64,000 bases of DNA from Candidatus Bathyarchaeia archaeon. Lineage in GTDB: Archaea > Thermoproteota > Bathyarchaeia > 40CM-2-53-6. Position numbers and translations under genes: made by a program. The stretch spans positions 33,018-97,017 of the forward strand of contig JBEKSC010000006.1 of assembly GCA_049517415.1 (NCBI GenBank), written 5' to 3'. A model generated the notes under the pieces. The model worked only from the letters and a program-made list of their open reading frames with translations, was not told where the DNA came from and did no database searches. Shown in pieces: positions 38,041 through 47,593 of this stretch; the stretch's first letter is position 1, and each line of letters starts with the position of its first letter.

Positions 38041-38267
38041 GTTTTGCCGGTTCTGCTGCGTAAACGGGGCACCCGTTAAGAGTGCTGCATCAGCGGGGCA
38101 TTATGCCCTTCAGCCTACGCTGATAACTTATCGGCTGGTCTTTCGCTTCTAGCAGCCTAATCCGACTTGAACATGGCTTGAATTTCTAGTTGCGTTAGCG
38201 AAGAGGTCTAGAAAGAGAGGCTTGCCGTAATATTCCTAGTTCGGTCTGTTGGCAGCGACGGTCTAGG

Positions 38268-39320
38268 CTACCATTTGGGGCGAGTAGGATGGCTGATTAA
38301 GTACTTCGAGGTCGCTGGACTTGAGGTTGGTATACAGGCATTAGCCCCATTCGTGGCGCACACGATAGATCTGGTCGCTCCCACTAGTTCTGGTAGCGTC
38401 GTGTTAGGTAAGTATGCTAGCCATATCTCGCTGTACCCAGGGTTTCCGTTCGATGTTGCAGCGTAGAAAACGTAGATTCCGTCTGACCTAACGACTACTT
38501 CTTGATCTCCGATCTGGTTGAATCGTTCAACCGTGCGAGCAATCAACGGATTTGTTTTCCAGTACACCTGCGTCCAGTGTACTCCATCAGCTGATGTGGA
38601 TAACGCTATTTGGAGTACTGGCTGTGAGTAGTCATTCCAAAACATGTAGTAAACACCATTGTCATAAATCACATCTTGGTTCCCAACCTTGAAACCCTGT
38701 GCCCTTCCACCAAGCACTGGATTCACGGAGTTTCTTACCCAGTTGTGAATTCCGTCAGGAGATGATGCTAGGCATGAGGAGAAATAACCAGAACCTAAAG
38801 CGTTGTTAGGGGTACACTCGTAGTACATCAACCAACTTCCGTCTGGCAACTGTAGCACCGAAGGGTTGTACTTGTCGCCATCGTAGCCTTGATTCCCCAA
38901 GACCCCATACTGTTGCGCGAAGTGAGTCCAATGTATTCCATCATTGCTCCACTGCGTCAGTAACCCTTGCGTGTAGAAGTATAGCGTGTTCGAGTCATGA
39001 CGAATAATCATTGAAAGCCTTTGATCGGTGACTCTACCGAACTTCGACCATTTAACAGCATCAGAGCTTTCAGCGTAACATGTTTGCGATACATGCCACA
39101 TATTGCAACTATACCACATCCGCCAAACACTGTTCTCATAAATCACGGTTGGTTCCCCAATCATCCCCGTAACCCCACCTTCAACTCCGAGAGAAGGGGT
39201 CATAATTCTTGACTTTCGCCAACCGAAACTACCGGCCCGAACAGGAAAAACACTAACTCCCTGAACGAACCCAAGAAGCAAGATACAGATGACCAGAAAG
39301 CTGTAGATTGCAATCTTCAT
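38268..39320 (-). CDS. Secreted five-bladed beta-propeller glycoside hydrolase-like protein (transposon cargo)
   Basis: Signal peptide; repeated WxMxY...SxDGxHW blades, NPVL and NPLI motifs; ATG at 39320 chosen. Confidence 0.7.
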   Translation of the reverse strand: MKIAIYSFLVICILLLGFVQGVSVFPVRAGSFGWRKSRIMTPSLGVEGGVTGMIGEPTVIYENSVWRMWYSCNMWHVSQTCYAESSDAVKWSKFGRVTDQRLSMIIRHDSNTLYFYTQGLLTQWSNDGIHWTHFAQQYGVLGNQGYDGDKYNPSVLQLPDGSWLMYYECTPNNALGSGYFSSCLASSPDGIHNWVRNSVNPVLGGRAQGFKVGNQDVIYDNGVYYMFWNDYSQPVLQIALSTSADGVHWTQVYWKTNPLIARTVERFNQIGDQEVVVRSDGIYVFYAATSNGNPGYSEIWLAYLPNTTLPELVGATRSIVCATNGANACIPTSSPATSKYLISHPTRPKW

Positions 39321-39324
39321 CGCA

Positions 39325-39918
39325 TCATCTGACTTTTTGCCTGGAATTGCGGAGTTCATTAAGAAAGGCTTGGGGACGAACAATTAGAATGAATGGTTTT
39401 AGGATTTTTGCGGAATCGGTGAAATCACGGTCCTTTGTTACGAAGTGCGTACATTGGTTTCCATGAATTGCTATCGCCAAGTGCAGAGAGTCATACGCAT
39501 CAAAACCCATTCGAACGTAAGGCAGAGCCTTGTTCCAATCGGGCAAGGAACTGAATGTCAGTCTCCCAAGCTTTCGTCCTCGGATTATGGCCTCAGTGAT
39601 TTCAGTTCTGACTTCGTGAAGCTCACGAAGTGACAGCCAATAATGCGGATGTGTTCGAACTCTTTCCGAGTAACGCAAACTAAGTTCTTCAAGAAGCATG
39701 CGAAACTCTGCTCTCGATCTTGCGTAATTATGAATCGCTTCGAGAACTGTCCACCAAGAAAACACAAATTGATGAGGCTTGAACCTTCCTTGAAAGATTC
39801 CGTCCACAAGAGGGAGACAGGCTTTGACATCTACGCCAAGTCTCTTTCTAACGGGTATTTCAACGGTTTTCAGGAACAGCCAATCTGTAACAACAGAACT
39901 TTCAAGATACGCTTTCAA
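39325..39918 (-). CDS. PIN-domain (VapC-like) protein (transposon cargo)
   Basis: AYLESSV, WTVLE, DSLHLAIA and FVTKDRDF motifs. Confidence 0.8.
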   Translation of the reverse strand: MKAYLESSVVTDWLFLKTVEIPVRKRLGVDVKACLPLVDGIFQGRFKPHQFVFSWWTVLEAIHNYARSRAEFRMLLEELSLRYSERVRTHPHYWLSLRELHEVRTEITEAIIRGRKLGRLTFSSLPDWNKALPYVRMGFDAYDSLHLAIAIHGNQCTHFVTKDRDFTDSAKILKPFILIVRPQAFLNELRNSRQKVR

Positions 39919-40032
39919 GGATAGAGCCAGTTCCAGAAGCTCTTTTTCTTGCGCCTTTTCGGCTTCTTTTTCTTTGGCAAATAACTATCTTCTGTGGCGT
40001 TGGTAAGTTGTTCGCATTGAAAAAATGACCGT

Positions 40033-41367
40033 TTAGAGCATCTTTCCTATATCCTCTGCATCCAAGTATCGTAGCACTTGCTTGATTTCGCTCTCTGTCA
40101 GTCCTTTCTTGTTTCGTAGGTAACCGATCATGCCCTGTAGCCATGTTAGGCTTGCTTTGCCTTTCTTATATCTGCGAACCACTCCGATAGCAGCGCGTTT
40201 CCGATACTTCGCCTTGTTCTCCGTTTCCTTGGGGGGACTGCTCCTATTCTCAGTGCTTTGCGTAATCATCGACTTCCATCGGTTCCTTCCAAGTCCCAGA
40301 TTGAGGTTAGCGGCTTGAGCAGGAGTTTGCCCATCCAGAGCCATGTGTGGACGAATGAAGTTGTAGTACAAGCGATAGCCTTGCATTGTCTCATTCGCTG
40401 TTGGGTCATTGTCGAAAGCTCGCATGACCTTGGTTCTTTCACGCATAGTCGAGTGGAGCCTCTCGATGGCATTGTTGTTCGCTAGGTCAATGAAACGTGG
40501 CTTGCGAATATGCTTGGTTCCCTTGTACCGTAGCGTTTCATCGTATGCGTTTGCATAGGACACCAACCCATCGGTTACTATGGTTGCTGGGGCTTTCTTC
40601 GCACGGTCTAATCCATCAAGAAACAAGTTGCGAGCATCTCTATCTGTCCTAGCCTTAGTTAGTCGAGAAGCAATTAGGAATCGAGACTCGCTATCCATTA
40701 AATTCCACAGCCAACGATATTTTCCATTGACATTTTCTACTGTTTCGTCTGCATGCCATTTGTTCGAAACTTGAGGCATTAGTTCGTCCGCGTATTCCTT
40801 CATTAGCTCAGTGTATCTCTGAGTCCACCGGAGAACCGTCGAGTTGTTTACTGTGACATTATAGAATTGCTTGAGATGGTCAACTATCTTCCGTAGCGAA
40901 ATTCCCTTGAAGAACAGGTCGAGACTTGCAGTAATGACCTGTGGGCTGCACTTCATTCGGGAGAATCCTAAGTCAACTACGAATCTGCGCTTGCATGCTT
41001 TACACCAGAAAATCTGGGTTAATCCCCTTTGATTTTTGCGGGTTCCTCTCTTGACTATGCGGCTGCTCTGGCAGTAGGCGCATTCTGTTGGTTCAGTTTC
41101 TTCGCTGCGGGGGATAGTGTCGGGTGAAGTAATAATCGAGTCTCGAAGCGTCAAACTGAAAAGCGTACTTTGAATATGCTTGCAAGCGACTTGGCGATGC
41201 ACATGATCTGGACATTCGCAACTCCATTCCTCACCCTTCTTAGTTACTAGATACCAGCCGTTCCCAGACTGGGACTTAACTTTGTATGTCGAAGCGTCAA
41301 CTCTCTTGATCTGGTTGCCTTTCGCATAAATCGCAAGGGCTCGTTGCGGTCGTTGGTCAACCATCAT
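40033..41367 (-). CDS. IS6-family DDE transposase with N-terminal SWIM and zinc-ribbon domains
   Basis: CECPD...CKH; CAYC..CKAC; WHADET, IVTDG, NNAIERLH and YYNFIRPH motifs. Confidence 0.92.
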   Translation of the reverse strand: MMVDQRPQRALAIYAKGNQIKRVDASTYKVKSQSGNGWYLVTKKGEEWSCECPDHVHRQVACKHIQSTLFSLTLRDSIITSPDTIPRSEETEPTECAYCQSSRIVKRGTRKNQRGLTQIFWCKACKRRFVVDLGFSRMKCSPQVITASLDLFFKGISLRKIVDHLKQFYNVTVNNSTVLRWTQRYTELMKEYADELMPQVSNKWHADETVENVNGKYRWLWNLMDSESRFLIASRLTKARTDRDARNLFLDGLDRAKKAPATIVTDGLVSYANAYDETLRYKGTKHIRKPRFIDLANNNAIERLHSTMRERTKVMRAFDNDPTANETMQGYRLYYNFIRPHMALDGQTPAQAANLNLGLGRNRWKSMITQSTENRSSPPKETENKAKYRKRAAIGVVRRYKKGKASLTWLQGMIGYLRNKKGLTESEIKQVLRYLDAEDIGKML

Positions 41368-41388
41368 GGCAGTTCAACGTTCACGGAG

Positions 41389-41483
41389 TATATCTACGTA
41401 GATATATCAGCATTACGGTATCTCCGTAGATAACCGAAGCTACCGCCAACGCTTAAATACGTAGATAAAACATCTACGTAGAT
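41389..41483. promoter_or_regulatory. Divergent promoter with four TCTACGTAGA-type palindromic operators
   Basis: TATATCTACGTAGATATA 41389-41406, TATCTCCGTAGATA 41419-41432, TACGTAGATA 41458-41467, ATCTACGTAGAT 41472-41483. Confidence 0.75.
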
Positions 41484-41484
41484 A

Positions 41485-41685
41485 GTGCTAAGCTTGCCCA
41501 AGTGGAAGAAAGACGCAAACGAGTTTACTGTTGGCGTCAATCACAATGAGATTAGAGGATACCAGAGTTCAATACCCAAACCCGTCATGGAAACGCTTGG
41601 TAACCCCGATAAGATCACTTTCGTAGTCAAACCCAAGAATAAGGTAGAAGTCCAAGCCGCAAAAACGGATACCGCAGAACAATAA
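41485..41685 (+). CDS. Small AbrB/SpoVT-like DNA-binding protein
   Basis: GYQSSIPKPVMETLG....ITFVV...KVEV swapped-hairpin pattern. Confidence 0.7.
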   Translation: MLSLPKWKKDANEFTVGVNHNEIRGYQSSIPKPVMETLGNPDKITFVVKPKNKVEVQAAKTDTAEQ

Positions 41686-41695
41686 GGGGGAAATC

Positions 41696-42325
41696 TTGAA
41701 CAAGCCATCTAAGCATAGTAAGAGTGAGGAACCGAAGAAAAAGAAGCCCTACAACAGATGGGACATCGCGCTCGTTGTCATAGTACTGTTACTGGGTCTC
41801 CTTGGATACCGTTTGTTTACTCAACCTTCTGGTCCAATCACCACGACATCGACAAGTTTAGCAGCCTCAACTTCCTTTTTGCCTATAACCGCCACAAACT
41901 ACAGGACGCTTGGTCTTTCAGACTTCAATTTGACCCATAGTCCCGGCTGTCTTAGAACTGACCCGAAAACAAGATGGCTTGTTGAACACTTCGTTGTAAC
42001 CGTCTACAATCGCTACAAGGAAGCTACAGTATACTTCAATGCGTCAGTTTATGTCGCAAATATCGCATGGGCGGATGGGTCCTTCACATTCGACTCATTG
42101 AAGTCGATTCTTGAGTTCCAAGGACCGATTTACAATCAAACAATAAAATTCACAGTGGACTTCCCTATAAGCGGCACAGCTTATGGCCAATCCTACGCTA
42201 GCACCCAAGTCGCAACAGGACTTTTTGGTGTGTTTGTAGGGGTAGAGCAAAACGCCCCTCCTCTAGTCTATCCTGCCGAACCAAACATTGCGGTTTCTAG
42301 TCTTGCTTCTGCCTGTTCAGGCTAG
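41696..42325 (+). CDS. Membrane-anchored hypothetical protein (transposon cargo)
   Basis: Basic N-terminus, one TM helix, beta-rich ectodomain. Confidence 0.6.
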   Translation: MNKPSKHSKSEEPKKKKPYNRWDIALVVIVLLLGLLGYRLFTQPSGPITTTSTSLAASTSFLPITATNYRTLGLSDFNLTHSPGCLRTDPKTRWLVEHFVVTVYNRYKEATVYFNASVYVANIAWADGSFTFDSLKSILEFQGPIYNQTIKFTVDFPISGTAYGQSYASTQVATGLFGVFVGVEQNAPPLVYPAEPNIAVSSLASACSG

Positions 42326-42575
42326 GCAGTTCCTCATCAAAAAGAAACGAGATAATGCCGACTGTTCCACAAGAAATGCCGAGCCCTAAGACCAGATGCC
42401 AAGCATCCGTATTCATCAAAACAAATCTTCCAATTGTTGTTAAGGACAGAGGTTCGCTAGTCAGAACTACACAAAGAACTTCAACAAAGAGGCAACTTAT
42501 CCAAAACCTGCCGAACCAAGCGTATTTGTGATTAGTTGCCTTTTGCAGCCGTTCTGCGAGGCGTTCAAAAACCAA
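42297..42575 (-). CDS. Small two-TM hypothetical protein
   Basis: Two hydrophobic segments; no recognisable family. Confidence 0.4.
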   Translation of the reverse strand: MVFERLAERLQKATNHKYAWFGRFWISCLFVEVLCVVLTSEPLSLTTIGRFVLMNTDAWHLVLGLGISCGTVGIISFLFDEELPSLNRQKQD

Positions 42576-42721
42576 CTAGAAAGCCCCTATCGGCCAAAAT
42601 GCCACGGTAATGCAGCAGCCCTTGGGGAAGACTCGACCGCGCAGCAGAACCGTTTTGCCCAGCTTAAAAAGCCCTTATATATTGAAGCGGGTTACGAATG
42701 CTCAATTCCCCCTTATATAAG

Positions 42722-43315
42722 GTGACCAACCTGCCGGGCAAGAAGGCATTCATAAACATCGAAAACGTCGTCGCCTCGGCTACTCTTCATCAAAACATTG
42801 ACTTGAATTCAATTGTTCGCGTATTTCCCGGCGTCGAGTACCGACCTGAACAATTCCCCGGCCTAGTGTACCGGTTGAAGAAACCGAAAACGGCGACACT
42901 AATTTTCAGCTCGGGAAAGATGGTTTGCACTGGTGCAAAGTCGGAGCGGCAAGCTCGAAAAGCCGTGATGAAAGTTGTCGATGAACTGAAAAGGAATGGC
43001 ATCGTCATACTTGGCAAGCCGGAAATTCAGATTCAAAACATCGTTGCCTCAGCTGGCCTCGGCGGATACATCGACTTGGAGAAATCCACCTACTCGCTGA
43101 AACGCACAATGTACGAACCAGAGCAATTTCCAGGCTTAATCTATAGAATGGACGACCCGAAGGTCGTCATACTTCTATTCGCGAGTGGAAAATTGGTCTG
43201 CACTGGGGCGAAGAAGGAAACTGAAGTTCACAGGGCCGTTACTAAACTTCAAGAAACCCTTGAGGAAAAAGTTCTCATTGCGTACGAAGGAGCCGAGGCA
43301 CCTCCCAAGTCTTAA
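42722..43315 (+). CDS. tbp: TATA-box-binding protein
   Basis: Two repeats NVVAS/NIVAS..Y.PEQFPGL.YR..LIFSSGK/LLFASGK; start GTG 42722 or CTG 42731. Confidence 0.97.
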   Translation: MTNLPGKKAFINIENVVASATLHQNIDLNSIVRVFPGVEYRPEQFPGLVYRLKKPKTATLIFSSGKMVCTGAKSERQARKAVMKVVDELKRNGIVILGKPEIQIQNIVASAGLGGYIDLEKSTYSLKRTMYEPEQFPGLIYRMDDPKVVILLFASGKLVCTGAKKETEVHRAVTKLQETLEEKVLIAYEGAEAPPKS

Positions 43316-43360
43316 GGGCGAAACCGAAAATAAGCAAGGTCCGCCAGTAGCTTCTATTGA

Positions 43361-43630
43361 TTGGCGATGGCGGAGAAACGAAAGATCGGAGCCTACGTTC
43401 TGATTAAGATCGCTCCAGGCAAGTCGAGGAGCATTGTCGAGCAGTTATCGAAGGTTGAAGGTGTGAAGACAGCGCACCCGGTCACAGGGATGTTCGATAT
43501 TATCGCATACCTTGAAGCTGCCGACATCAACAGCCTCACTGGAACCGTGAGGACACGCATACAACCATTAGGCGGCGTGCTTCGCACGCACACGGCGATA
43601 GTGGGTGAACTCGTCACCACAGGTGACTGA
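43361..43630 (+). CDS. Stand-alone Lrp/AsnC ligand-binding domain protein
   Basis: AYVLIK..PGK..VTGMFDIIA..GVLRTHTAIV. Confidence 0.88.
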   Translation: MAMAEKRKIGAYVLIKIAPGKSRSIVEQLSKVEGVKTAHPVTGMFDIIAYLEAADINSLTGTVRTRIQPLGGVLRTHTAIVGELVTTGD

Positions 43631-43674
43631 GACCCGGAACTCGCTTATTCTTGAAGGTTATTCGAAGTTATGCT

Positions 43675-44217
43675 CTACTTGCGCTTACTAGTAGACTTCG
43701 ATTCGCTATATTCAACTAGGATGATTAACGCAATTAATAGAATTATGAGAGTAATCCCTAGAGGCCCGCGGAGTTCTAGGCTTATCAGCCCGATGTAAGG
43801 GACCTTCATTACGTATACTCCCATGAGATTCTCAGCCGGCACCCTCCAGCCATCCTGAACACTATTGTGGTCGCCCTTAGTTTCAAAGAAGAGTGAACTT
43901 CCATTGTTAACAACAGCAATGACGCGATGGACTATCGGCATATCATACTCGTACGGACTGTGGAAGATGATGATCGTTCCCACCGTCACGGTTTGTGGGT
44001 CGACGCCCCGAACAATGATGATGTCCCCAACGTTCAGTACGGGAACCATGCTTCCCGATGATACGACCATCAACGGGGAATCGGTGTGAAGCGCCAAACG
44101 CATCACTTCAACCCCGCCATAAGTTGCCGCGAAAAGTATAGCGATAAGTATCAAGACTCGCACAGTAGGATTCTTGAATGCTCGGACGGCCTTTGAGGAG
44201 GTATTGTCCTTGGACAA
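43675..44217 (-). CDS. Signal peptidase I (Sec11/SipW type)
   Basis: VSSGSMVP..GD, IVHRV and TKGDHN motifs. Confidence 0.93.
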   Translation of the reverse strand: MSKDNTSSKAVRAFKNPTVRVLILIAILFAATYGGVEVMRLALHTDSPLMVVSSGSMVPVLNVGDIIIVRGVDPQTVTVGTIIIFHSPYEYDMPIVHRVIAVVNNGSSLFFETKGDHNSVQDGWRVPAENLMGVYVMKVPYIGLISLELRGPLGITLIILLIALIILVEYSESKSTSKRK

Positions 44218-44281
44218 GCTTAGGTCGCACTTCGAAACCGTTCATCATTGATATTTCTTTCGCATTCGCCAGGAGCCTGAT

Positions 44282-44626
44282 TCAGGACTTTGAAGCCGAC
44301 GGCTGCACTTGCATGAGTCGCGCAAGTTCAAGCGTGGCGCGCTCTCCGGCTTCCAAGAAACTTATTCCGCCTTCGGTGATTTTGTAGATGCGACGGCCGC
44401 GGCCCTTTTCCGATTCCCATTCTCCTTGAATGTAACCGTCCTCTTCAAGTGAATGGAGTAAAGGATAGAGTGTTCCCGCGCTTAGGTAAACTCGATACTT
44501 GTCTCGGATTGCAATATTCACTTCGTAACCCCATTGAGGCTTCGCGCGTAGCAGCCTAAGTATGATTAGGTCAAGGTTGTTCTTGACCACCCGTTCTCGC
44601 CAATCTTTCTCCATGTTTCTTATCAA
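44282..44626 (-). CDS. PadR family transcriptional regulator
   Basis: WGYE, GTLYPLLHSLE..G.I and RRIYKITE.G motifs. Confidence 0.92.
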   Translation of the reverse strand: MIRNMEKDWRERVVKNNLDLIILRLLRAKPQWGYEVNIAIRDKYRVYLSAGTLYPLLHSLEEDGYIQGEWESEKGRGRRIYKITEGGISFLEAGERATLELARLMQVQPSASKS

Positions 44627-44753
44627 GCGTTAAGCCTCGCAACTTAGCATGCAAGCGACTAATGCGATACCGTTACTGCCTTCACGCCCTGAATTATAAG
44701 TTCCCATTGGTTTCGGGCAATAGGGCAAGAAGCCGGTCAGTGATGTTTACTAA

Positions 44754-45047
44754 TTATTCAACGATGCTGACTTGGCTTCCTTGACCGAGGCCAAGTGGCT
44801 GCTCCTCGAATTTCACCACTAGGAAGTCTGTCTCAATCCCGATGACTTTGCCTTTGAAGTTTTTTGTCTTCGAGAATTGGAAGCTTGCATCGTGCCCTAT
44901 GAAACGATCCAAGTCGGTCTCGGAGACCGTTATCCATGCCTTGTTTTCAGCGTCGTCAAATGTGATAACTACACCTATCAACCTAGCCGACCTAGTTTGG
45001 TAGGTAACTGTTGTAAGTCTTGAAGTTTTCCAACCGACATAGGCCAT
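44754..45047 (-). CDS. Hypothetical small beta-barrel protein
   Basis: Non-overlapping ORF co-oriented with its neighbours. Confidence 0.5.
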   Translation of the reverse strand: MAYVGWKTSRLTTVTYQTRSARLIGVVITFDDAENKAWITVSETDLDRFIGHDASFQFSKTKNFKGKVIGIETDFLVVKFEEQPLGLGQGSQVSIVE

Positions 45048-45067
45048 TGACTTTGATTTTTAGGCCT

Positions 45068-45541
45068 CTACTTGCCTATTTCCTCCAGTCTGTGCCTTCG
45101 TCTTTCCTCAGCCTCCTTCCAGCGACGTTTTTCCTCGTCCGTCTCGGCTTTCAAAGGAGGGACTTGGATAGGCCTATGAGACTTGTCGAGGGCGACGCAG
45201 GTGAGGAAACATGTGCCCGTGTGCCGAACTTCTCCTGTTATGGGATTCTCTGCTTCGACGCGGACACCAATTTCCATCGAAGTCCTGTGAACATAATTGA
45301 TGGAACCGATTAGTCGTAGCATGTCGCCGATGTAGACTGGGGAATAGAAGTCCATTCGGTCTATCGATGCAGTTACCACGTTGCTGCGGGCGTGCTTGAA
45401 GGCAACGATGGATGCTGCTTCATCAATCATTCTGAGAATGCTTCCGCCGAACACGTTTCCCGCTACATTCGCATCCATGGGCATCATTATTCGGACCATG
45501 GTGGTTGAGGATTGGCTTGGGGTCTTGGAGGTTTGAGCCAT
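45068..45541 (-). CDS. Acyl-CoA thioesterase (HotDog, YciA-like)
   Basis: DANVAGNVFGG, VVTASID and TSMEIGV motifs. Confidence 0.92.
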   Translation of the reverse strand: MAQTSKTPSQSSTTMVRIMMPMDANVAGNVFGGSILRMIDEAASIVAFKHARSNVVTASIDRMDFYSPVYIGDMLRLIGSINYVHRTSMEIGVRVEAENPITGEVRHTGTCFLTCVALDKSHRPIQVPPLKAETDEEKRRWKEAEERRRHRLEEIGK

Positions 45542-45748
45542 GATTATTGACCGAATGTCAAGGGAGGTGACCTTAGGGAATAATGGTTTCTCCGGTTGAA
45601 TTCAGGGGCGTGGGTCGATTCGAGAGCCTTCACGAGTGGATCTACCCAAGAATTGGTTGTTTAGGCACCCACACCTTTCACCTTAGTTTTGGTTTGGAAA
45701 GAATTAATATAGATAAGAGCGAATGGCCGCCTTAGTTCACCTTGTACG

Positions 45749-47425
45749 GTGGTTAATATGGAGACAATTCAGGTAGAAAGGGCCGAGACTAAGCTAATCA
45801 GGGAAACCAGAAGCATATGCCCTGATTGCAACAGGATTCTTGCCGCAAATGTCTTCGAGCGTGAAGGCAAGATTTGGTTAGGCAAAACTTGTCCGGAACA
45901 TGGCGAGATAGAGGAGCTGTACTTCGGTTCCGCCGACATGTACTACAAATTCGCTAAATTCTCCCATAATGGCAAAGGTATCGAAAACCCAAACGTCCCG
46001 TTGGAGAAGTGTGCTTGCCCAACTAACTGCGGCCTATGTACGAGTCACCTTAGCCACTCAGGGCTAACGAACCTCGTAATCACCAACCGCTGCGACCTAA
46101 CCTGTTGGTACTGTTTCTTCTACGCTAAGAAAGGAGTCGAGGGCGCATACGTCTATGAACCCACACAGGCAAAGATTCGTGAAATGGTTCAAGTCCTCCG
46201 CGCTGAGAGGCCTGTACCAGGCAATGCAATCCAAATCACAGGCGGAGAACCAACGCTACGGGAAGACCTACCCGAAATCATCCGAATATGCAAGGAAGAA
46301 GGCGTTGAGCACATCCAGCTGAACAGTAATGCAATCAATATGGCACAAGATCCCGACCTCGCAAGGCGAGTCAGGGAAGCCGGAGTCAATACAGTTTACA
46401 TGAGCTTCGACGGTGTCACCCCAAGAACGAACCCGAAGAACCATTGGGAAGCACCCATTGCAATTGAAAACTGCCGACAAGCAGGACTAGGAGTAGTCCT
46501 CGTCCCGACAGTCATCAAGAGCATAAATGACCACGAATTAGGCGGCCTCATCAGATTCGGCCAAAGAAACATGGACGTAATCCACGCTGTGAACTTCCAG
46601 CCAGTCTCGTTGACAGGTCGGCTGAGCAAGTCCGAGCGCGAGAAATACCGAATAACGATTCCAGACTGCATCGAACGCATCGAAGAGCAGACGAACGGAG
46701 AAGTTCGAAGGGAAGATTGGTTCCCGGTCCCAAGCTGCGTTCCAATAACTCACTTCGTCGAAGCACTAACGAAACGCCCAAGATACGAGCTCTCAATCCA
46801 CTTTGCTTGCGGAGCTGGCACCTACGTATTCAAAGAGGGCGACAAGCTAGTTCCGATCGCATCGTTCGTTGACCTAGAAGGCCTCCTCGAATACTTGGAA
46901 GAGAAGGCTGATGAGCTTAAGGCTGGCAAGAACAAATACCTCGTCGTTGCGAAAGTGCTCGCTAAGATGGGCACCTTCATCGATAGAAGCAAACAACCAA
47001 AGGGCCTAGCACTCAGTAAGCTCCTCTTCAACGCACTAGTAAAGAACGACTACAGCTCCCTCGGAGCATTCCACCACAAATCCATGTTCCTAGGCATGAT
47101 GCACTTCATGGACAAGTACAACCACGACGAAGAACGCCTCCGAAGATGCGACATTCACTACCTGAGCCCAGACATGAGAATCATCCCGTTCTGCGCGTTC
47201 AACGTAATTCCAGAGTGGTATAGGGACGCGATACAACCAAAGTACGGAATCCCAATCGAACAATGGGAGAAAGAACACAAGACGACCCTCGAACAAGGAT
47301 TGTACAAGGGCACGCTCAGAAAGGGTAAGGGACACGCAGCAGGTTGCGGATGCCCACTCGGCGCACTAAACACACCAAGCTCCGAATTACTCTCAATCGA
47401 GAACGGCATGATAAAGGGCAAGTAA
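45749..47425 (+). CDS. tes: Tetraether lipid synthase (Tes/GDGT-MAS, MJ0619-like radical SAM)
   Basis: N-terminal SICPDC..CPEHG, CPTNCGLC..H, TNRCDLTCWYCF, C-terminal CDIHY..IIPFCAFN. Confidence 0.85.
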   Translation: MVNMETIQVERAETKLIRETRSICPDCNRILAANVFEREGKIWLGKTCPEHGEIEELYFGSADMYYKFAKFSHNGKGIENPNVPLEKCACPTNCGLCTSHLSHSGLTNLVITNRCDLTCWYCFFYAKKGVEGAYVYEPTQAKIREMVQVLRAERPVPGNAIQITGGEPTLREDLPEIIRICKEEGVEHIQLNSNAINMAQDPDLARRVREAGVNTVYMSFDGVTPRTNPKNHWEAPIAIENCRQAGLGVVLVPTVIKSINDHELGGLIRFGQRNMDVIHAVNFQPVSLTGRLSKSEREKYRITIPDCIERIEEQTNGEVRREDWFPVPSCVPITHFVEALTKRPRYELSIHFACGAGTYVFKEGDKLVPIASFVDLEGLLEYLEEKADELKAGKNKYLVVAKVLAKMGTFIDRSKQPKGLALSKLLFNALVKNDYSSLGAFHHKSMFLGMMHFMDKYNHDEERLRRCDIHYLSPDMRIIPFCAFNVIPEWYRDAIQPKYGIPIEQWEKEHKTTLEQGLYKGTLRKGKGHAAGCGCPLGALNTPSSELLSIENGMIKGK

Positions 47426-47593
47426 GCCATAACACGGCTTCGCCCTTCACCGTATTTTTCCTTCCATCTTCGGCGCTACTGTAGATTCCGCGCCGGATTT
47501 GCTTGCATCAAAATCCGACAATCTGTAAACCTGAACATTTTTGTGTTGAACCAATTCTTAGTTTAAGTAGGATTTCGGTGAGGAGGCTCTGGC

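Larger units (their letters stand above)
38049..42651. mobile_element. IS6-family cargo-carrying transposon (about 4.6 kb)
   Basis: Perfect TIRs GGTTCTGCTGCG (38049-38060) and CGCAGCAGAACC (42640-42651); 8-bp TSD GTTTTGCC at 38041-38048 and 42652-42659; internal DDE transposase. Confidence 0.9.
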
